NCBI GenBank assembly: GCA_048213135.1
Contig: PS015010.1
Span: forward strand, 1,240,001-1,304,000
Length of the DNA: 64,000 nt
From: Reclinomonas americana ATCC 50394
Lineage: Eukaryota
Reading direction: 5' to 3'
Shown piece by piece: positions 58,077-64,000 of the stretch (its first letter is position 1; every line of letters begins with the position of its first letter). The position numbers and the translations under genes are program-made. Under the pieces are notes generated by a model. It did no database searches. It was not told the origin of the DNA and worked only from the letters and a program-made list of their open reading frames with translations.

Positions 58077-59903
58077 ATGCGATTACAGTTTATTGATATA
58101 CTCATACTGATCACCTACCTCGTTACCATGGTGCTCGTAGGCTTCTGGATGCGTAAGAAAGCGAGACAGAACAAAGAGAGTTATCTCATGGGCGGAAAAA
58201 AACTGCCCTGGTATATGCTTGGCCTCAGCGATGCCAGCGATATGTTCGACATCAGCGGCACCATGTGGATGGTGGCCCTGTGTTTCGTTTACGGACTGAA
58301 AAGCATCTGGATACCCTGGCTCTGGCCGGTGTTCAACCAGGTGTTCATGATGATGTTCCTTTCTAAATGGCTGCGCCGCTCCAATGCCAATACCGGCGCG
58401 GAATGGCTGCAGACGCGGTTCGGACTTACGGGCAAAGGCGTAAGGGGTTCGCATATCATCGTGATCGCTTTCGCGCTGATCAGTTGTCTGGGTTTCCTCG
58501 CTTACGGATTCGTTGGGTTAGGAAAATTCGTACAGGTTTTTGTTCCCTGGGATATGATCAAAGATTACATTCCTTTTGCCATCAGCGAAAAATATGTACC
58601 GCATTTCTATGGCATCGTCTTCACGCTCTTTGCCATGTTCTACTCTATCATTGGTGGATTGCACAGTATAGTATTGGGAGACGCGATCAAGTATGCAGTT
58701 ATGACGATCGCCTGTATCGCCATTGCGGTCATAGCCGTACAACACCTGGGCGGACAAAAACTGAATGTGCCACAGGGCTGGGATGATCCATTCTTCAGCT
58801 GGAACCTTAACCTCGACTGGAGCCGTATCGCTGCCGATGCCAATAAAAAGATCGCCGATGACGGGTTCAGTCTTTTCGGTTTGTTCTTTATGATGATGCT
58901 GATGAAGGGCGTCTTTGCTTCACTCGCCGGGCCCGCGCCTAACTATGACATGCAGAAAGTACTGAGCACAAGAAGTCCGAAAGAAGCCAGTAAAATGACA
59001 GGTTTCGTCAGCATTATCCTGTTGCCTATCCGTTATTCCATGGTGATCGGCCTTACCGTGCTGGCCCTGCTGTATTACAACCAGCTTTACCTGAAAGGTC
59101 CTGATGGCGTTACCGATTTCGAAAAAATATTACCTGCCACCATCAACACTTTTCTGCCGGTAGGTGTGCTGGGGCTCGTACTCACAGGACTGCTCGGCGC
59201 CTTCATGGGTACTTTCAGCGGTACCCTCAACGCGGCACAAGCCTATATCGTGAATGACATTTACCTGAAATACATCAACCCTAAAGCCGGCAATAAAAAG
59301 ATCATGACCATGAATTATACCGTGGGTATCGCCGTGGTAATAGTGGGCATCTTCTTCGGTTTCCTCGCCAGGAATGTAAATGACATCCTGCAATGGATCG
59401 TAGGCGGTCTTTACGGCGGCTACGTAGCTGCCAACTGCCTGAAATGGTACTGGTGGCGTTTTAATGCCAACGGTTTTTTCTGGGGCATGGGCGCTGGTGT
59501 GGGCGCCGCGTTACTGATGCCTTATGTAACTACAGGGCTTCCGTTGTACTGGTGGCCCCTGCTTTTCGTCGTGTCACTGGCAGCGTGTATTGCCGGCACT
59601 TACGCAGCGCCGCCCACTGATGCAGAAGTGCTGAAGTCGTTTTACAGCACCGTACGCCCCTGGGGTTTCTGGAAGCCTGTTCATGAAATGGTGCTGAAAG
59701 AAAACCCCGGCTTCAAAGCCAATGACCGTTTTAAACTGGACATGTTCAACGTAGTGCTGGGGATTACGGCCCAGTGCTGTCTTACCATTTTACCTATGTA
59801 CCTGGTGCTGGGCATGAAACTGCCATTACTCGTTACCGTTATTATATTATTCGTAATCATCATTATCCTGAAACGTACCTGGTGGGATAAACTCGAAGAC
59901 TAA
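58077..59903 (+). CDS. Sodium:solute symporter (probable manno-oligosaccharide uptake)
   Basis: Multi-TM, LPWYMLGLS.AS.MFDI.GTMW, MQKVLS, KWYWWRFN. Confidence 0.88.
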   Translation: MRLQFIDILILITYLVTMVLVGFWMRKKARQNKESYLMGGKKLPWYMLGLSDASDMFDISGTMWMVALCFVYGLKSIWIPWLWPVFNQVFMMMFLSKWLRRSNANTGAEWLQTRFGLTGKGVRGSHIIVIAFALISCLGFLAYGFVGLGKFVQVFVPWDMIKDYIPFAISEKYVPHFYGIVFTLFAMFYSIIGGLHSIVLGDAIKYAVMTIACIAIAVIAVQHLGGQKLNVPQGWDDPFFSWNLNLDWSRIAADANKKIADDGFSLFGLFFMMMLMKGVFASLAGPAPNYDMQKVLSTRSPKEASKMTGFVSIILLPIRYSMVIGLTVLALLYYNQLYLKGPDGVTDFEKILPATINTFLPVGVLGLVLTGLLGAFMGTFSGTLNAAQAYIVNDIYLKYINPKAGNKKIMTMNYTVGIAVVIVGIFFGFLARNVNDILQWIVGGLYGGYVAANCLKWYWWRFNANGFFWGMGAGVGAALLMPYVTTGLPLYWWPLLFVVSLAACIAGTYAAPPTDAEVLKSFYSTVRPWGFWKPVHEMVLKENPGFKANDRFKLDMFNVVLGITAQCCLTILPMYLVLGMKLPLLVTVIILFVIIIILKRTWWDKLED

Positions 59904-59921
59904 AGGACAAAAAAGAAACTT

Positions 59922-61148
59922 ATGAAAAATGAATTTACCCGTCGCCTGTCGGAAATGAAAACAGAGCAGGAATTGCTGTTGCAAAGGCCCAATGAAAAGC
60001 AAAAAAGTAACAACGGACTTTATCATCGCTATATACACCCCGTTCTTACAGCAGCCCATGTGCCGCTCAACTGGAGATACGACCTTGATGAACAGACCAA
60101 CCCCTACCTGATGCAGCGTTTCGGCATCAATGCCGTACTGAACGCCGGTGCTATTAAATGGAAAGGAAGGTATATACTCATGGCAAGAGTGGAAGGTTAC
60201 GACCGCAAATCGTTTTTTGCCATTGCGGAAAGCCCCAATGGTATCGACAACTTCCGTTTCTGGGACAGGCCCGTACAAATGCCGGAAACTGGTGAGCCCG
60301 ATACCAATATTTATGACATCCGCCTGGTGGAGCATGAAGACGGCTGGATATATGGATTGTTTTGTACAGAAAGAAGGGCGCCTGGCGTTCCGGAATCCGA
60401 TCAGTCGTCGGCCATTGCCCAATGCGGTATTGCCCGTACGAAAGACCTGCTCAACTGGGAACGGTTGCCCGATCTGCAAACACCATCGCCACAACAAAGG
60501 AACGTCGTGCTTCACCCTGAGTTTGTACAGGGCAAGTATGCTTTTTATACCCGCCCCCAGGACAGCTTCATCGATGCAGGCAAAGGAGGCGGTATCGGCT
60601 TCGGGCTGGCTGACAGTATGGAAAATGCCGTGATCGGCCGGGAGATCGTCATGGACAAAAGAATATACCACACCGTTTATGAACTGAAGAACGGACTGGG
60701 CCCTGCTCCCATCAAAACAGCAAAAGGATGGCTGCACATGGCGCATGGCGTACGCAACACCGCCGCCGGTTTGCGTTATGTACTCTACTTATTTCTTGCC
60801 GACCTGGAAGATCCTTCCATAGTAAGCCATAAGCCCGCCGGTTATTTTATGGCGCCCGAAGGTGAAGAAAGAACCGGAGATGTGTCGAATGTACTATTTT
60901 GCAATGGCTGGATCGAAGAAGAGAACGGCAATGTGCTCATCTATTACGCCTCATCAGATACGCGGATGCATGTGGCTGGCACCAGCATCAGCAGGCTGCT
61001 GGATTATGTGCTGAATACACCTGAAGATGCGTTGCGTTCATCCGGTTCCGTTAGTATCATTAACAGCATTATCGACAAAAACGCACAGCTGGAAGAAGAG
61101 CAAGATCAGCCATTGAACAATAAACCCATAGAGATATTCAATCCCTGA
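59922..61148 (+). CDS. GH130 4-O-beta-D-mannosyl-D-glucose phosphorylase-like
   Basis: [42 protein letters not shown]. Confidence 0.9.
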   Translation: MKNEFTRRLSEMKTEQELLLQRPNEKQKSNNGLYHRYIHPVLTAAHVPLNWRYDLDEQTNPYLMQRFGINAVLNAGAIKWKGRYILMARVEGYDRKSFFAIAESPNGIDNFRFWDRPVQMPETGEPDTNIYDIRLVEHEDGWIYGLFCTERRAPGVPESDQSSAIAQCGIARTKDLLNWERLPDLQTPSPQQRNVVLHPEFVQGKYAFYTRPQDSFIDAGKGGGIGFGLADSMENAVIGREIVMDKRIYHTVYELKNGLGPAPIKTAKGWLHMAHGVRNTAAGLRYVLYLFLADLEDPSIVSHKPAGYFMAPEGEERTGDVSNVLFCNGWIEEENGNVLIYYASSDTRMHVAGTSISRLLDYVLNTPEDALRSSGSVSIINSIIDKNAQLEEEQDQPLNNKPIEIFNP

Positions 61149-62359
61149 TGGCACATAACATACAGGAATACCTGCTGCAATTCAGGCAGGATGTGGACAA
61201 TGAACTGCAGTCCATCCTTGAATGGTGGATGAAAAATATGCCCGCGCCGGATGACGACGGGTTTCATGGCGGTATCAGTAACCACATGGAACCCCTCACT
61301 GATGCACCAAGGGGACTGGTGCTCAACAGCCGCATTCTCTGGACCTTCTCCGCCGCTTATATGCACCAGCCCGATCCCAGGTACCTTGTGATGGCCGAAA
61401 GGGCATTCCACTACCTGTTGCGGCATTTTGATGACAGGGAATACGGAGGCATGTACTGGTCGGTTGATAAAACCGGCGCACCGCTGGAAGACAAAAAGCA
61501 GGTGTATGGCATCGCTTTCTGCATTTACGGGCTCAGCGAATATTATCGTGCTGCACATGATGCCGTGGCGCTGGAAAAAGCAAAGGAATTATTTGCCCTG
61601 CTTGAACAACACAGTTACGACCCCGTGTACGGCGGCTATACAGAAGCCTGCTCCCGCGACTGGCAGCCCCTTGAAGATCTTCGCCTGAGCGATAAGGATG
61701 CCAATGAGAAAAAAAGCATGAACACACACCTTCATGTGCTCGAAGCTTACAGCAACCTTTTCTCTGTCTGGAAACACCCGGAACTACAGGAAGCCATTAT
61801 CAAATTACTCATCGTTTTCCGCGACAGGATCATCGATCACCGCCATCACCGGCAGCTGCTATTCTTCTCCCAAACATGGGAATCCCGCTCCCCTGTTGTT
61901 TCATTCGGTCATGATATTGAAGCGGCATGGTTGCTTCACGAAGCTGCCGTTACTGCCGGAGACGCTGGTCTTCTGACTTACTATAAAGAAAATGCTGTAC
62001 TTATGGCAGGTGGCGCACTGCAAGGCATCGATACCGATGGCGGACTCTGGTACGAGTACGACAGAACAGACAACAACTACAATTACGAAAAACACTGGTG
62101 GCCGCAGGCGGAAGCCATGGTTGGCTTTTTCAATGCCTGGCAGGTAAGCGGTAATGAAGCCTGGCTCTGGTGTTCAAGACAAAGTTGGGATTTTATACAG
62201 CGGTATATCCGCGACCAGGCAAACGGTGAATGGTTCTGGGGTATCGATGAAAAAGGCCAGCCCATGGAAAAAGAAAAAGCCGGGTTCTGGAAATGCCCTT
62301 ACCACAACGGCAGGGCCTGCATCGAGATCAGCAAACGCATTTCAAATTTATTATCCTGA
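61148..62359 (+). CDS. AGE-family cellobiose/mannobiose 2-epimerase
   Basis: RILWTFS, KSMNTHLHVLEAY, SFGHDIE, WWPQAE, WKCPYHN.R. Confidence 0.92.
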   Translation: MAHNIQEYLLQFRQDVDNELQSILEWWMKNMPAPDDDGFHGGISNHMEPLTDAPRGLVLNSRILWTFSAAYMHQPDPRYLVMAERAFHYLLRHFDDREYGGMYWSVDKTGAPLEDKKQVYGIAFCIYGLSEYYRAAHDAVALEKAKELFALLEQHSYDPVYGGYTEACSRDWQPLEDLRLSDKDANEKKSMNTHLHVLEAYSNLFSVWKHPELQEAIIKLLIVFRDRIIDHRHHRQLLFFSQTWESRSPVVSFGHDIEAAWLLHEAAVTAGDAGLLTYYKENAVLMAGGALQGIDTDGGLWYEYDRTDNNYNYEKHWWPQAEAMVGFFNAWQVSGNEAWLWCSRQSWDFIQRYIRDQANGEWFWGIDEKGQPMEKEKAGFWKCPYHNGRACIEISKRISNLLS

Positions 62360-62380
62360 TCTGTAACATAAACTTTTCCG

Positions 62381-63037
62381 ATGAAAAAAATATCGCTATT
62401 ATTATTGTTCGTTATGATCCTTACTGGTATGACTCCCGCGAAAAGAAAAAAAGTGATCTTCTTCGGTGACTCCATCACGCAGATGGGTGTTAACGCCGGG
62501 GGCTATATCGACCAGGTACAAAAAGCATTGGAGAAAAATAACGACCAGCGATACGAACTGACCGGGGCTGGTATTGGCGGCAATAAAGTGTACGACCTCT
62601 ACCTTAGATTAGAAGAGGATGTACTCGAAAAAAAGCCCGATATTGTTTTCATATACATCGGCATCAATGATGTGTGGCATAAGACCTCGGGCATTGGAAC
62701 GGATATTGAAAAGTACGAACGTTTTTATGTCGCCATCATCAAAAAACTGCAGGCCAGTAAAGTGAAAGTGGTACTGTGTACACCTTCGGTGATCGGGGAA
62801 AAGAAAAATGGCGCCAACCCGCAGGATAAGGACCTAGACGCCTATGCTGCCGTGATCCGCCGCCTCGCACAAACCTATACTTGTGCGCTGGCAGACCTGA
62901 GAGCCGCTTTTATTGCGTACGAGAACGCGAATAACACCACCGACAGCGAATCGGGCATATTAACTACAGACAGGGTGCATCTTAATGAAAAAGGGAACGG
63001 GCTTGTGGCGGCAGAAGTATTGAAAGTGCTGCAATAA
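62381..63037 (+). CDS. Secreted SGNH/GDSL esterase
   Basis: FFGDSIT, GIGGN, GIND, DRVH. Confidence 0.9.
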   Translation: MKKISLLLLFVMILTGMTPAKRKKVIFFGDSITQMGVNAGGYIDQVQKALEKNNDQRYELTGAGIGGNKVYDLYLRLEEDVLEKKPDIVFIYIGINDVWHKTSGIGTDIEKYERFYVAIIKKLQASKVKVVLCTPSVIGEKKNGANPQDKDLDAYAAVIRRLAQTYTCALADLRAAFIAYENANNTTDSESGILTTDRVHLNEKGNGLVAAEVLKVLQ

Positions 63038-63055
63038 TATCTATACGGGAAACTT

Positions 63056-64000
63056 ATGAAGTATCTGAAAGTACTGTACATACAGGTTTTGATCGGCATT
63101 GCGCTGGGCGCACTGGTGGGCTGGTTGTTCCCGGGATTCCATCCTACGGCTAAACTCATCAGCGAAACGTTCATTAATATGATCCGCATGGTGATCGCAC
63201 CGGTCATCTTTTTCACCATCGTTTCCGGTATAGCGGGAGCAGGCGATATGAAGAAGGTAGGCCGCGTTGGCGTAAAAGCGCTCATTTATTTTGAAGTGAT
63301 CACCACGCTGGCACTTATTATTGGACTGGTAACCGCCAATCTGGTAAAACCCGGTGCCGGCGTTTCTTTTACAGTCGCCACTGCCGATGCCAAAGTAACG
63401 GAAATCAGCAAACAGGCGCATGACTTCAACTGGGCGGAATTCTTCACCCATATTGTTCCCACCAACATCGTAGATGCATTTGCCAAAGGCGATATACTGC
63501 AAATCCTTTTTTTCAGTGTGCTGTTTGCTATTGGACTGAAGATGATGGGCGATACAGGCAAAAGTTTACTTGGCTCATTTGAAAAGATCAACCAGGTACT
63601 GTTCAACGTACTGAAGATGATCATGAAACTGAGCCCCATTGGCGCTTTCGGTGGTATGGCCTTTACCATCGGTAAATTCGGGTTCTCTACTTTTTATGTA
63701 CTGGGCAAACTATTATGTACATTCTACCTCACCGGTATACTATTCATTTTTGTTGTGCTGAACCTTGTGTGCAGGTATTACGGTATCAGCCTGTGGAAAC
63801 TGCTCGGTTATATCAGGGAAGAGATACTTGTGGTACTGGGCGCCAGCAGCAGCGAAGCCGTTCTTCCATCCGTTATGCAGAAACTTACGCATGCAGGTTG
63901 TGAAAAAGAAGTGGTAGGGCTGGTCATTCCTACCGGCTACAGTTTCAACCTCGACGGCACCACCATCTACCTCAGCATGAGTATTATCTTCCTGGCACAG
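63056..64000 (+). CDS. dctA: Dicarboxylate/amino acid:cation symporter, DctA-like; runs off the window
   Basis: Manual translation from ATG at 63056: MKYLKVLYIQVLIGI...FINMIRMVIAPVIF.TIV.GIA...KKVGRVG.KALIYFE, SSSEAVLP, GYSFNLDGT.IY. Confidence 0.85.
   Translation, partial: MKYLKVLYIQVLIGIALGALVGWLFPGFHPTAKLISETFINMIRMVIAPVIFFTIVSGIAGAGDMKKVGRVGVKALIYFEVITTLALIIGLVTANLVKPGAGVSFTVATADAKVTEISKQAHDFNWAEFFTHIVPTNIVDAFAKGDILQILFFSVLFAIGLKMMGDTGKSLLGSFEKINQVLFNVLKMIMKLSPIGAFGGMAFTIGKFGFSTFYVLGKLLCTFYLTGILFIFVVLNLVCRYYGISLWKLLGYIREEILVVLGASSSEAVLPSVMQKLTHAGCEKEVVGLVIPTGYSFNLDGTTIYLSMSIIFLAQ

Overview
64-kb window of a Bacteroidota chromosome, most likely Chitinophagaceae-like (inferred from gene content, SusC/SusD and recurrent TAnnTTTG -7 promoter boxes). 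It is a draft scaffold with one 20-N gap at 38457-38476. About 1-41 kb is mostly core or housekeeping: lepA, tpiA, type B rpmE, yajQ, lgt, bacilliredoxin, Hsp20, arginine decarboxylase, thrS-infC, rpmI-rplT, an ABC-F ATPase, OmpA and a MATE pump. It also holds a flippase-methyltransferase-GT4-B12 radical SAM gene run and several secreted hypothetical proteins. At 41.7-47 kb an orphan lipoprotein and a GH31 sit behind tRNA-Arg(TCT). At 47-64 kb is an AraC-associated beta-mannan PUL: SusC/SusD, surface lipoprotein, AlkP-superfamily enzyme, GH26, SSS symporter, GH130 phosphorylase, 2-epimerase and three SGNH esterases, followed by a dctA-like gene. No CRISPR, integrase, transposase or phage gene was seen. 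The most interesting unexplained signals are non-coding: (i) a 3-codon uORF (MKF*) with competing helices in the MATE leader; (ii) a ~130-bp degenerate direct repeat flanking the GH31 gene; (iii) a structured leader on an independently promoted rpmI-rplT; (iv) a probable sequencing artefact that splits one terminator hairpin at the gap. All product calls come from motif recognition, not database searches.
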